A DNA stretch of 64,000 nucleotides from Gracilinanus agilis (taxonomy: Eukaryota), in assembly GCF_016433145.1 (NCBI RefSeq), contig NC_058131.1, forward strand, positions 631,995,373 through 632,059,372, read 5' to 3'. This document shows, piece by piece, positions 1-13,069 of this stretch. The notes beneath the pieces are model-generated. The model was not told the DNA's origin. It worked only from the letters and a program-made list of their open reading frames with translations, and searched no databases. Made by a program: the position numbers and the translations under genes. Each line of letters begins with the position of its first letter. The stretch's first letter is position 1.

Positions 1-59
1 CCCCTGTACCAGGCTGAGAATCAAAAGAAAATATATATAGAATACTTTGTAAACCTTAA

Positions 60-270
60 AGCCAGGGGGGTGCTGGAGCCAGTTTAAGCTGACTCCCAAA
101 CCCAAATGCTAAATTTTCAGTGTGAGTGGTTACACCTTGGAAATCAGCAAATGCTGATAAAAAGGGCTTAATTTATTGTTTTGTTGATTGCCTAGACTCA
201 AAAAAGTGATGGAAAACTTTCAATACTATAGATTAAACTTAAAAGTGTATTCTGTGGCCATTTTTTTTTC
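60..270. mobile_element. Ancient hAT-Tip100-like DNA transposon remnant
   Basis: GTGCTGGAGCC start and GGGCTTAATTTATTGTTTTGTTGATTGCCTAGACT...GATTAAACTTAAAAGTGT resemble mammalian Tip100-type fossils (recognition only). Confidence 0.4.
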
Positions 271-754
271 TCCAGAGAGAAAATTATTAAATACTTCCCA
301 GCACAGTCCTGCTAAAAGCTATTTCCTTCTCCAGTTCATTTTACAGATGAGGAAATTGAGACATAGAGATGCACCTTCAGGCTACACCTTGATACCATCA
401 GGCTGTAGCTCAGACGTCCATCTGTCCCCTAAACTATGAGGGTCTTCAGGCAGACCCCAATCAGATGACCAAACCCCCCCCAATGCCTAATCTAGAATCA
501 TGTCCATACCATAACACAACATCACGTCCCCACTGTTGTAAAAAGTACATAATCCCCAGAATTGATGGATTCTGGGAGCAGCCTTTCATCTTGCTGTTCC
601 ACCAATACTATCCTCCTGGCCAGGTTGAACATTACTTTCTAAATTAATAAATTCCTCTTTTTATTTTTAAGCTAAGTTTTGGAGTCTTGCTTTCTTGTGA
701 AAGGTACCCTTTCTGAACCCCGGGGGGGGGGGTTCACCTCTAACACCCCACAAC

Positions 755-920
755 ACTTACTAGCTGTGTGACCTTGAACTAAACACTTCACCCTATCTGC
801 CTCAGTTCCTCATCCATAAAATGTGCTGGAGAAGGAAATGGCAAACCACTCCAGTATCTTTGCCAAGAAAACCCCAAATGGGGTCATGAAGAGTCAGACA
901 ACAAAAACGACTGAACAACA
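755..920 (+). mobile_element. MAR1-type CORE-SINE with RTE-derived tail
   Basis: CORE (CTAGCTGTGTGACCTTG..CTCAGTTCCTCATC) followed by GGAGAAGGAAATGGCAAACCACTCCAGTATCTTTGCCAAGAAAACCCC..ACTGAACAACAA. Confidence 0.85.
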
Positions 921-2139
921 ACCAAAATTATTATTCCAATTGCTTTCTAAGACCTTTCTAAGAATTTGGGGATTGTAGAAGCATAGGATATATGGGAGAT
1001 ATAAAAATATAAATGCCTGATAGGAAGATTTTGATGTTGTTCAGTTGTGTCTGACTCTTTGTGACCCCATGAACCATAACTATCCATGGGATTTTCTTGG
1101 CAAGGGGAGAAGGATAGGTAAAGGGATTTCCAGCAGAAACTCAGGCTTCCCCGATGACCCAATGTGATCATAGTCCTATAAGAAAATGATACCTGTCTGT
1201 AATACCCTCATTTTTTGGGAACTCATATAATAGACCCCATGCAAACCTGATTTATCTTTCCCCACTACCACCGCCTCATTCCTCTCCTCCACTCCATCAA
1301 AATCACCCAATTGTTGGGCTTTCCAGAATCTACCATAGTGCCTGGCAAATGGTAGGCACTTAATAAGTGCTTATTTGAGAGCTTGATTGTTGATTAGGAA
1401 ACAAGCTGATTAAACAATTTATACTAAGGGACAAGTGATAACTTGGATTGGCATACTAAACTTTCTGGAGATGTTTGTAGTTCAGAAGAGTGGTCACTTA
1501 ACCTACACGAAAGCATCTGAAATGGATGAATTTTTAGCAGAGATTGGATAATGGTGACTTTAGGAGCCCCTTAAATTATACTAGACTGCCTTTCCTTGAC
1601 TGTAAAATAGGGGTTATTATACCAGCTTCTCTTCAGGTTATTATGGAAATCAAGTGAGAACTGAAAGCACTTTGTGCATTGAAAAACACTTTATGAATGT
1701 GAAGCAGCACAATGCCATATTTGATGAACTGGTCTTAAAACCAGGAAGACTTGAGTTTGAGTGTGACACTTTTCATTTAACTTCTCAGTACTCTAGGAAA
1801 GAAGTGTTAGACTTATTGTGCCCCCCCCCAAAGAAGCCAGCAAAACAGCCAACTGTGGCTAACTTGATTAAAATAGAATTGGGAAATATCTATCAAAATA
1901 AATAAAAATACAGCATAAATAATGGTAATGTGTGGTTTTCTGCTATGCCTCCAAAAGGGATCTTCCTTTTTTGAATTTGAAACCACAGCCTGGGCAACTC
2001 TCTCTCCATATAAATTACAGAAAAGGTGGTGGCCTACATTGTTAGAAGGAGCTTGCTCACCTTGGAATTCCCCATATTAATAAAATCAGTTTCTAACAAT
2101 AATTATAATAGCTACCATATATGTAATTTGCAAAACATT

Positions 2140-2570
2140 TTACAAATATTACCTCATTTAATCCTCACGACAGGCCTTTGGAGGCAGGCATTACTATTAT
2201 CCCCTTATTATAGTTGAGGAACCTGAGACCCAGAGAGGTTAAACTTGCCCATGATCACACCACTGGTGTCTGGGGCCATATTTGAATTTGGGTCTTCCTG
2301 ACTCCAGATCCAATGTTCTATCCATTGCTATTCTGTTGTTCTTCAATCAATGCATAGTTGAACTCTTCATGACCTCAATTGGGGTTTTCTTGGCAAAGAT
2401 ACTGGAGTAGTTTGCCATTTCCTTCTCCAGCTCATTTTACAATGATGAAATTGAGGTAAATTGGGTAAAGTGACTTGCCCACGGTCACACGGCTAGTAAT
2501 ATGTCTGAGGCCAGGAACTCAGGAAAATGAACCTTCCTGATTCCAAGCCTATGGTTCTATCCACTGTGCC
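2140..2570 (-). mobile_element. MIR and MAR1 SINE pair
   Basis: Reverse CORE and RTE-tail motifs (GGGGTTTTCTTGGCAAAGATACTGGAG). Confidence 0.8.
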
Positions 2571-4684
2571 ACCTAATAATTTGCATTATTATTTTTAATT
2601 AGCTCAGTTACTGTATACCCACAGGGATCTGGAACCTCTGACTGGTGTCTTAGAGGGACATTTGAACTAACTGCATTTTTCTAAAGGGAACAAAAGAGGA
2701 AATAGGGAAAACCTGCCATCTCTGGAAGCTGCTCACTAGCCTGATCTTGTGGGAGTTTGCCCAGCTTGTTCTGTGAAACTCATAAAACCTGGAGAGAACT
2801 ACAGTTTCTCTAGCTTTATTGATTCGTGTCCCCTGGCAATAATTGCACTTCAATGAATGTTAAATATCCCATCACCTTGTGTTATTCTTCTTCCCTGTGG
2901 TTGGAGTCTGGTTTCTCTTCCTTAGCAAGATGGGGCTTGAACAGTGGGGAAGAGTCTGCAGATTACACCTAAATCCACTAGCTGACCCATTTCAGTGTTG
3001 CATTACAAAGCCCAGCTGTGATTTCCTCTTTTAAAACAACATGACTTTTCCATCACAGCCCATCTCCTCCAAGCTGGTCCTGGAGAGAAGTGATGCTGTC
3101 AGACCTACAACATAATCATTTTCCTTGCAAGCAACTTGAATATCATTAAAAAGAAAAAAAGTAAATGAAACAAACACAAAACCCCAACGGTAACAACCCC
3201 ACCACTGGCCTGAATAGGCAAGGGAAGCTGTGATATGTGGGAGAAAGTTCTCATTAAATCAGAAATATCCTTAGGCATAAAAAATGAAACAAAGTGGGAT
3301 ATTGCAAATGACTTAGTAAAATCCTTTTGAATTAAATTTTTTATTCTGTCTCCCTCACCCCATAGAAATGCTCTCCTTCTAAGAAGGGCATATAGCTATA
3401 ATTCCTAATCACCTGCACCAATGGATGAGAGTTGAGGGTAATCCCAAAATCTTTTCTATATGCCTTTGGACTGTGTGTTTATATTTGTAGTTGGGGGTTG
3501 GGGAGAATTTTGGGGAGAATGGAAATTCGCTTCAAAATCAGATGATAGAGCTGAGCTGGAAAAGCCTGGCTACAGATGCCGGACAGTATCCCAACACTTT
3601 GCCAAGCTGGGCAGCAACTCAGAGAAGGCAGCCAGAAGCCATTCTGGACAGCTCCTGCTTTTGAGACCCAGAGTTCTTATTCCACACAATCAGCCCAGAA
3701 GCACAAAACCAAGGACCCAGACTACTCCTGCCCTCTTTCATAGCTTATCTCCCTGAGCTCCATGTCTATTGCTCCATGATGACTTTGGACAAATAGGGTG
3801 CCCATGGTCACACAACTAGTAAATATCTGAGGCCAGATTTGAACTCAGGGAGTTCCTGACTCCAGGCTCTGCCCTCTATCCACTATACTGCTAGCTGCCA
3901 AATCAGATTAGGCAGATCTGTAAAATAAGGGGATTAGAAATGGTAGTCTCACAGGTCCTTTGGAGCCCTAATACTCCTTGATTCTATGAACTTAAATGTG
4001 GCCCTAATGACCAAAAAGATTCAAAAATCCACTAGCAAATAATAAGATTCAGATTCATTACATCTTATTGACTTTGAGCAAGGTACCTTCAAATTCCAAT
4101 CCTTGCACATGTTATATACCCAGTGCATAAAGCCTCTCCAACACATGCAAACCCAAAGAACTTTACTTTCAGTGGGAGAAGTGAACCAAGAATTAAAAGG
4201 TGAGTATAGAGGAAAGAGCACTAGGTCCAATCAAAGGACCTAGATTCAAATCCTAGTGCCCCTACTTACCACCTGTGTGACATTGAGCAAGTCATCTCAG
4301 TCCTCTGGGGTTCAGGTTCCTCATGTGGAAATTGAAGGGGTTTGGACTACATTGTCCCTCCAGTCCAGTTCAAAACCTCTGAGCACATTCATGTTTTATT
4401 AAATGTATAACTAGTAAAGGTACAACTAATAAAGGTACCAAAGTAGTAGGAAATAAGATTTGCTAAGGACAGGTTTGCACAAAGGTTTTAAACTAAAAAG
4501 AAACTCTTTAAAGAAACTATTTAAAGGTGGCAAAAAAGAAGAGCAAACCAAGGAAAAGATCAAAGGACAGAGTTGAATACCCAAGCAATCTTGTTCTTCA
4601 TAGAGAATCAGTGTTGAGATAGAACCAAAATGGTAGGCTGAGAAGAAACATTACAGTCTAGAACTCCCTTAACAAAGGTTTGCA

Positions 4685-4887
4685 GAATTAGTGTCAAACT
4701 CAAATAGAAATGGGGGCCACCAAACATAAGGATCCCTGAGGGTGCATATTGACTTTGAAAATCACACATTTGCTTTTATTGTACTTTTATTTATTTTGTT
4801 AACTATTTCCCAATGACATTTAAATATGGTTTGGGCAGCACTGGATGGGCCATTAGCAGTCCATGGGCCATATGTCTGACAACTCTG
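4685..4887. mobile_element. Older hAT/Charlie-type MITE
   Basis: GTGTCAAACTC at the left end and TGTCTGACAACTCTG at the right end (degenerate TIRs). No clear TSD. Confidence 0.5.
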
Positions 4888-5145
4888 TATTAGAGAATGC
4901 ACCAGACTTGATTTTGATTGGAAAACCATGAAGTCATAATGATTGACAGCTTAGGGAGACAGATTAATATTAGGAAGACAGGTAAGGAAGCCTGCAGACT
5001 TTGAGGATAGAAACTAACCAAGAGCCTGTGTAGCTATGGTACTATAGGGGAGCATTCCAGCACCCAAGAATTGAGAGAAGACTGAGCTAGGGCATCAGAA
5101 AGAAGTACCAGGAGATTCCTAAGCAAGCACTAGATTCAAGAAAGA

Positions 5146-6125
5146 ATGTTATCTAGCAGCTCTGTTGCCTACCACTCTGTATTGGCTGGGTCACAGATCC
5201 AGGACAGAAAACACAGAACAAGTTTGGGGAGCAAAGTATATCTCTGTGGGTGGTTCTGTTCTCAGGAAGAGAGTGCAACCTCCGGACCAAAGAAAAGCTA
5301 GTAGTTTAGTCACAATAAACCTGGAGATGCTCCTAACCAGCCAATGATTGGCTGTTAAGGAGTCAGCTGCTGAAACTACCAACCAAAAATGAGCCAGTAT
5401 CTCCAAACCTGAGTCAGGAACTTGCACATCTCAGATCATGTAATGCAAGATTGCTAGCAGAAGCCTTTTGCTTCTGCAATTTCAAACTGTCGCAGCCTTT
5501 TAGAATCTTCAGAAAGTCAGTTGGAGCCTGAGGCTATAAATAGGGCTGAAGTTCCAACTGATGGGGCTTTCACCTTCTGGCTTTCACTTTTTGGGCTTTG
5601 GCTTAGCCTGTTGGCTTCGGCTTTTCGGCTTGGCTTTGGCCTTTTGGCTTCAGCATTGGCCTATGCTTATTTTGTCTGGGGAAATTTGGACCTATCTGAT
5701 TTCTCTGGACCTCTCCCTGATCTCTCCATTACATCCCTGCTATTTCCCCTGAATTTCCCTTTGGGCCCTGGGAGGAAGGGTGGGCTTGGTGGTTGGACAT
5801 TGTGGATTTAGTTTCTGTAGGCAAGTAGGGCATCCTAGAACAAGTTGCCCCTAATTTAGTAATTGGATAAATACTTTACTTCAAAAGCAGTCAAACCTTC
5901 CTGACTGGGAGAGCCAGACTCTCTCAGTATAAACCTCTACTGTGACCCATCCCCCACCATCCAGCCTTCTCCCTAGCAGCAGTTAGAAAACCAAAAACCT
6001 CTTTCCCTCCAATTAACCTGACATTAATAAATCCCCTTTGTTACCTACTCAAAGCCTCTGGTGAATCATTGTATCGAAGATTAAGGCAAGGAATTATTGT
6101 CTTTTTATTTCTTGAGGGAACCACA
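5146..6125 (+). mobile_element. Solo ERV LTR
   Basis: CCAAT palindrome 5338-5354, TATAAATA 5535-5542, GGCTT-rich R region, AATAAA 6026-6031, ends ..ACCACA. The left boundary is uncertain. Confidence 0.65.
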
Positions 6126-7632
6126 GACATCCGTCTTGGCAGGAAGTACCTTCCCCAGACTTCCTTCAGCCATCAGTTTTACTGGCAGGGAGGAGCCCTT
6201 TTGTCTCTTCCCTCAAGGGACTTAGAAATTAACAAGAGAAGTCCTCCAGCCAGATATAAAACATTTCTGACTGGTCCAACTTCTATTATACCTTAGAGAT
6301 ACCTTCCCTATCAGAAGGACCCAGCCTATTTCCTCAGTATTCTCTGTCTCTAGCCTCAGTGAATAAGCCTGTTTAAGCTGCCCTCCTGTATACTCCCTGT
6401 CATTCCCCTACCTTCCTATATATTACCTCATTCATCCTTTCCCTACACTCAGCTATCTCCTTCATTCCCCTTCCAAATCACCTCATCACCTTTATCCCTC
6501 CTTTTAACCAAGAATTACTTACTTTTCATAACAACCAGGAAGGCAGTGAACAGATTTCCCCCACAACACACTACTTTAGAGGCACTGAAAGCTTCTATGC
6601 CCAAGTTAGAACTTTGAAAACAGAAGAAGGAGGAAAAAGGACAGGAGCTCAGGTCAGATATTATCCCTAAAAAAAGTGTACAGAGTCTAATGCTAACATA
6701 AAGTCCAAAGTCAAGAGACAGGCTGAAAGTGATGAGCAAATAGGAACAGAACTCAACCATAAAAAGCTATTATGATGAAAGAAAAGCTCATATCATGAAC
6801 ACAGAAGAAGAGAATGTCTTGAAAATATCTTTGAACAATGCCTTAAAGAAAAAATGTGTCTTGGGCACAAATCCAACAAAAATCCCTAGAAGAATTAAAG
6901 AAAGAGTTAAAAAAGAAGTTTAAAAAGTATTTTAAAAACCAATTGAGAGCAGTACAGGAAAGATTGGTAAAAGAGATAAGATAGCAAAGAAAGATTTGAA
7001 AAGAGAACTAATTGATAGAAACATGAAGGACAAAACCTTACTGAAGAAAATAACTCCTTGGAAGAAGAGGAGGAAGGGTGGGAGGGAATCTGTAACAAAA
7101 TTGAAAAAAAAGGATTAAAAATTATTTTTACATGTAATTGGGGGGGGGGGGGAATTAAATACACAGAAAAAAGAAAACTCCTTGAAAATTTGAATTCACC
7201 AAACAGAAGCAAATGACTCCATGAGATATCATGAAATAATAAAGCAAGGTCAAAAGACAAAAAATAGAAGAAAATATTTTAAAATCTCATAAGAAAAAAA
7301 CTTACCTAGAACACAAATAGAAGAGAGATAATACAAAAATCCTTGAGCTACCTGAAAGTCATAAACAAAATATGAGCTTAGACATGCTATATAGTCATTC
7401 ATTGAAGAAATAATTTATCATGATCAAGTTGGACTCATACCAGAGATACAAGGATAGCTCAACATTAGGAAAACAATTCTAATAGTTAATAATATTTAAA
7501 ACAAAAACATTAAAAAACACATGATTATATCAATAAAGAAAAAATCTTCCAAAAAGCACCACTCTCATTTATGCTAGAAGTCCTACAAAGTATAGGCATA
7601 GAAGGACCTTGTTTTGAATGTCTTAAAAACAA

Positions 7633-7815
7633 GGGGCAGCTGGGTAGCTCAGTGGAGTGAGAGTCAGGCCTAGAGACAGGAGGTCCTAGGTTCAAACCCG
7701 GCCTCAGCCACTTCCCAGCTGTGTGACCCTGGGCAAGTCACTTGACCCCCATTGCCCACCCTTACCAATCTTCCACCTATGAGACAATACACCGAAGTAC
7801 AAAGGTTAAAAAAAA
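7633..7815 (+). mobile_element. SINE1_Mdo-like SINE inside L1
   Basis: GGGGCAGCTGGGTAGCTCAGTGG tRNA-like head, CORE, A-tail. Confidence 0.9.
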
Positions 7816-8218
7816 AAACATATCTATCTGAAACCAAAAGCAAGATTCATATGCAATAGAGGAAATATCAGAAGTTTTCATCAAAAATGCCAAAGTAAAT
7901 CAAGGATGCTCACTCTCTGCACTATTATTTGATACAGTTCTAGAAATGGTAGTGATAAGAAAAAGACAAAAGAAAGAAAAGATGTAAAGATGGTTAAGAG
8001 AAAATATGACTATCCCTATTTGCTGATGGTTTGCTTGAAAACCATAGGGAATCATCAAAGATATAAATTAAGACAAGTTTAGCAAAGTTGAAGGCTACAA
8101 AATAAACCATCAAAGATTTTTTAATCTTTCTTTAAAATTATAACAAAACCTAATACACAATAAGAGGAAGGAAAATCCTTCTCTAAACAACCAAAAAAAT
8201 GCAAAAGTATATCTGGAG

Positions 8219-8451
8219 CTTGAACGCATGGGTCGGGGTGGGCATGATTGAGGGTGTGGACTCGAAACTACCACACCAATGCAACTATCAACAATTTGGA
8301 AATTGGTCTTGATCAAGGACACATGACAAAACTAGTGGAAATGCGCATCGGCCACGGGTGGGGGAAGTGCGGGGGGGGGGGGGTGAAGGAGAAAGGAGGA
8401 GCATGAATCATGTAACCATGTTAAAATGAATATTAATAAATGTTTGGGAAA
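8219..8451 (+). mobile_element. 5'-truncated young L1 3' end inserted in older L1
   Basis: 16-bp TSD AAAAGTATATCTGGAG (8203-8218 / 8452-8467). Confidence 0.85.
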
Positions 8452-11429
8452 AAAAGTATATCTGGAGATCAATCCACCAAAGTGCATATAAAACTTGTTT
8501 ATGTTCAATTACAAAATACTCCTTAAAGATATAAAGAACAACTTAAGTATTTGGAGGAATAGTCTGTGCTCCTCTTTATATTTATGCCAATATAACAAAA
8601 ATGACAATACTATCAAAATTAATTTAGTTTTAATGCTATACCAATCAAGTTATCAAAGGGATACTTCACGGAACTCAATAAAATGACAAAATTCATTTGG
8701 GAAAAAAAAAGATCTAAAATACCAAGAGAAATAATTAAAAGAAAATAGAGATAAAAGGAAAATGGAACTTCTAGATCTCAATATATAAAGCAGCAGTCAT
8801 CAAAACCATCTGGTATTGATTAAAAAATAAAGAGAGTAGACCAATGGAACCACCTAGACAGGGAAAAATCAGAAACAAAGGAACTCAATGAGCAAGTCTT
8901 CAATAAACTAGAAAAGATAAATTACTTAGGAGAGAACTCCTTATTTGATTAAAATCTGCTGAGAGAACTGGAAAGCAGTCTAGCAGAAATTAGGCTCAGA
9001 CCAATACTTATATCATACTCCACAACACATTCTAAAAGTATACATGACATTATTATCATATGCTAAAAAATTAGAAGAGATCATATAACTTTCATATCTA
9101 TGGGTAAGAGATATATTCCTAATTAAATGAGGGACAGAGACAACTACAGAAGATGAAACTAATAATTTTGACTAAATGAAACTGAAAAACTTTCTCACAA
9201 ATAAAACTAATAAATGAGGTATTCCTTAGTCCAGGGTTAACTCTCTAAGAAGGAGCTAGACGGTACAATGGACAGAGCTCTGGGCTAGAGTCAGAAAGAC
9301 CTGAATTCAAACCCAAACTCAGATACTTACCACCTGTGACCCTGAGAAAGTTACTTAACCTTTCTTTGCCTCGGTTTCCTCATCTGTAAAATGGTGGTAA
9401 TAATAGAAACTAAAAGAACCAAAGGTGCTCATGAGAAATCAACTTAGATAATAACTGTAAAGCATTTAGCACAGTGCCTAGCTATTAAGAAGGAATCATT
9501 TCCCAATTCTGACCATGCCTGGAAAGCAGAAGGTCAAAGCATCTGGAGAATATCTTCCCATTCCTCTCCCAGCTTCCCCAGGACCTCAAAGATCCTAGTT
9601 CTAGAGGGAACTACCATGGCCTTCCCCCAGGGTCCAAGCCCCAAGCTTCAGTTTGTCCAGAGTAGCCAGGGTTCTTTTCCCTGAACTACTCAATGAGCAC
9701 TGGGTTCCAGAGCAAGGTCAGAGTTTGATGTTGGTGGTTATATCTTAGCTGGTGAGTGGGTAAGACTCTGAGTGACTGCAGGGGGAAGTGGATGGATTTC
9801 ACAGCAGGGTCAATGGGCCTCCTGAAAGTTGCTTAGGGGAGGGGGATACCAGTGACTAAGAAGCTAGGGGTCTCAGCCAGGGGTATATGTCAGGAGGTGG
9901 GATGTTTTCCAAGTAGCCAGTGGTAGGAGTAAAGCTGGGAGGGTTGGAGTACTTCATGCATAGATAGTCTTTGAGAGGTGGGGAAGCTGTACTGCTGAGG
10001 AAGGGTCCTCTGTGGGACAGGTGGGACTTCCAACTGCTTCAACAGGGTCCAAGTCTGCTTCAGCAGGATGGAAGGTAATACAATTGATGATATCTGGTGG
10101 ACTACACACCAGTGCAAGGATTGGGTCCTGGCATCCTTTTAAGTGACTGGGACAGGGCTGCAAGCTGCAATTAGGAGATTCCAGGTTGCTCTCAGCAACA
10201 GGGTAAGACTCCATACTGGGGAGGAAGGATGTAGGGGGATCTAGAGGCTTCCCCAAACCTAGTAAAGGCAGTTGAAGTAGGTAGGCATCCTAAAGACAGC
10301 TACTATGGCCTTTCCTCAGGGTCCAAGCCTAAAGTCCAGAATGGCCAGGTTCTTCCTGTATGCTGTTTAACGGGTTTTGAGATCTAAACTAAAATTAAGA
10401 CCATGACCAAGTCTAAAATCAGGGCTTAGTGGTGATATCCTAGTTGGTAGGACAGGCTCCCATTGACTTCAGGTGGGTTTCAGTCAGGGTCCTCAGAGTT
10501 GCCAAGCTTCCAGGCACAGGTTGGGGGGCTGAGGGGAGGCAGGGCTGGGATTAAAGGGGTTCAAGATAAAGTTGATAAAATGTAAATGGAGGATGGAGGA
10601 AAGAAGAGCTAGAAAGGCTTATCCAAATACTGATAAAATATAAGCAATTAGAGTTAGTCTTGTGGAATTAATGATTTTATCTTCATCAATTTTAAGAATT
10701 TATTAAGGCTCCTTTCTGACAGTCTGGGACCAACAGATGTTCACCTTCATAAGAATCATTTTAAAAATACTCTCTCCACCAACCACTAAAATCTAATTTC
10801 TTATGAAAGATTGGCTAACAAAACAAAACCACTTTCTAATCTCATGAAACTTCCCCCTCCTTCCATTGTCCAGTGTGTGCTTTCTACAGATGTCACAGTT
10901 GGAAATACACTAATCTGCTGGCTCAATTGTAAAAAGTCTCTCTCTTGAATTGTATCAGGATAAAACCTTGGGATGCAGAACCTGGCTCATACAGGCTGGT
11001 ACATTAAATAAATAATCCTGAACATTTCTCATGGGTGCCAGAATCTGGGCATCTTAGAGGCTACAAAGAAAGAAGCCCACTCTGTTTCAGTCATGACCAG
11101 GCTTCTAGACTGGGTTTGGGAGAGCTGTCACAGCACAGATACAATGCTTAGTAAAATACAAAAACCACCTCTCCTCTAGACACCTTCCCATATTTCACAG
11201 CCCTTATTAAAAGAGATTTTCCTGGGCAGGTACTAATACTATGAATTTGTTGGAGTCTAGGTCTTTTTGATATCTCCTTTGTTTATTTCTAATGGATAAT
11301 AGCAGGTCAGAGAACTGGCTCACTAAGAAATTCTAAACAGAATCCCTAAACTTTAAAAATTAGCTCCTTCCTTCCTTCTTTTTTTCTTTCTTCCTTCTTC
11401 CCTCTCTACTGCTTTTCTTTCTTTTTTCC

Positions 11430-12295
11430 TTCTTTATTAAGTAATAAAGTAAGTAGTAATTTAGATAGTAATGACTCTTTTAATAATATCATTTCCACTC
11501 TTCAGAAAACTTATGTGTAAATTTAGTACATGTAATTGGCAAAAAACTAGTTAATTAATTGATTAATTAATTAAACATGTATAGCCCAGATTGAATTCCT
11601 TGTCAGCTCCAGGAGGAGGGAAGGAAGGAGGGAAAGGAGACAATTTGAATCCTATAACTTCGGAAAACTTATGTGGAAATTTATAATTATGTGTAATAGG
11701 TAAAATAAATAATTCTCATTTCCACTGATAAAGTCATATCAGTTTCTGGTGTTGAACCATTTGACAGTGCCAGATACTTTGGTGAGAACTTTCTTTTCTG
11801 AATCTACAATATATATGGCTATAGAACCTGAAAGAACAGCTGCCAGGCTGTATCTTCATATTAATTTCTTCCCAAGATGTTGGCTGAGGGCACTGGGCTG
11901 GCAGCAGTGCTATTTGCAAGGCTCTTGGGTTCAGGGTCCTGAGCTGTTTCCATTGGAATATCAGGGGAGCTGATGGTCAAGATGGTGGTGGTGATGTGTT
12001 TGGCTCAGTTCGTGCTCCTCATAATGATCTGCTGCTTCAGTTGAGTTGGCTTACTTATTCGATGAGTGGCAATTGGTTGGCAGTTGGTAGGGATGGCTAG
12101 CCCCTTCTCCACAAGAATTACCTGTCCAGATGAATGCTCTGAGGGCCAGGCCAGAAGTTGTTCTATTGCTGACACCCCCCGGAGCTTCTGTCTTTATCTT
12201 TTTTTATTTTGTCTTTTTTTATTTATTGGTGGCAGCTGGCCAGCATTGTTGCCTGCAGTGATCATCTCTACAGTGGATGGCTACGCAGCTGAGTA
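11430..12295 (-). pseudogene. YBX3: Processed YBX3 (CSDA/DbpA) retrocopy, 5' portion only
   Basis: From the ATG at 12022 it translates ...HITTTIL...QDPEPKSL... (YBX3 TTTTTL..QDPAPKSP). After a frameshift it reads DSEKKVL-TKVSGTVKWFNTRN*YDFISGN (YBX3 [30 protein letters not shown]). No introns across the exon 1/2/3 junctions; stops and CpG decay present. Confidence 0.88.
11500..11715 (+). mobile_element. L1 3'-tail insertion (two tandem tail fragments) within the YBX3 retrocopy
   Basis: Flanked by an 11-bp TSD TCATTTCCACT (11489-11499 / 11716-11726). Contains GAAAACTTATGTG twice and a purine-rich L1 3'UTR. Confidence 0.75.
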
Positions 12296-12539
12296 GGTCT
12301 AGTGGCCAGGGGCACACTGTTAGACCTAAGACTCTTGAGTTGAGGGTCCCAAGTTCTCTACTACACCGCCTTCCTCGTTACCTTGGTTCATCTATTGTCT
12401 AGTTCTATAATTTTAAGCAACAACCCCAACCTCTCTTTGACTCACTTTTCTCACATGCAAAATTTAAGGAGCTGAATTAGAGAACCTCCCATTTCGGGAC
12501 CCCTCCTGCCTCTCCAGCCTTCCTGTCCTTTTCTTCCCA

Positions 12540-13010
12540 CCCTGACCTCTCTAACTCCACCATCCACTAGCAATTCCTTGAAACCTGCACCCCTATCCTG
12601 TCTCCGTGGATTCTCACTGGCTTTCTCCGTGCCTGGAATGTTCCACCCTCTCCCTGCTACCTCTGAGCTTCCCTGGAGTCCTTCAAGAGTCCTATCAAAC
12701 AACACTTTCTGCAGGAGGTCTTTCCCACCACCTCCATCTGCTAATGATTCCCCTCTCAGATCGTCCACCTCATAGAGATGTAGATATAGTCCATCTAACA
12801 CATATAGACATTTATCTTCCATCTAACATAGATCTATGGATAGACCTTCGCATATATACGTATACATGCATATATGTTGCCTTTCCCCATTCGAATGTGC
12901 CCTCCTTGAGGATAGGATCTAATTTTTTTGTTTTTGTTTCTTCGGTGCTTAGCACATTTTGTGCCCAGCACACAGGAAAAGCTTATTAATGTTCATGGAC
13001 CGGCTGAACT
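12540..13010 (+). mobile_element. L2 3' end
   Basis: GCCTGGAATG..CTTCAAG..GCTTAGCAC..GCACACAGGAAAAGCTTATTAATG terminus. Confidence 0.75.
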
Positions 13011-13069
13011 GCCTGTGATCGCAAAGGTGTCCATTTTATTTTCTTAAATGGTAAGAAAGTAGAGATTCC

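Larger units (their letters stand above)
6500..9210 (+). mobile_element. Degenerate L1 with ORF1 N-terminus joined to ORF2 RT/C-terminal remnants
   Basis: ORF1-like start at ~6730. HDQVG-IP...NIRK at ~7420, FAD at ~8020, GYKIN at ~8095, TIWY..DQWN at ~8810. Confidence 0.85.

Noticed and set aside
5521-5811. 96-aa Leu/Phe-rich ORF
   Set aside because: Arises from GGCTT repeats within an LTR.
7633-7700. tRNA-like sequences with A/B boxes (many copies)
   Set aside because: They are SINE heads followed by CORE and A-tails, not tRNA genes.
9890-10256. 75- and 100-aa minus-strand ORFs as a possible continuation of the YBX3 retrocopy
   Set aside because: No similarity to the YBX3 cold-shock or C-terminal domains.
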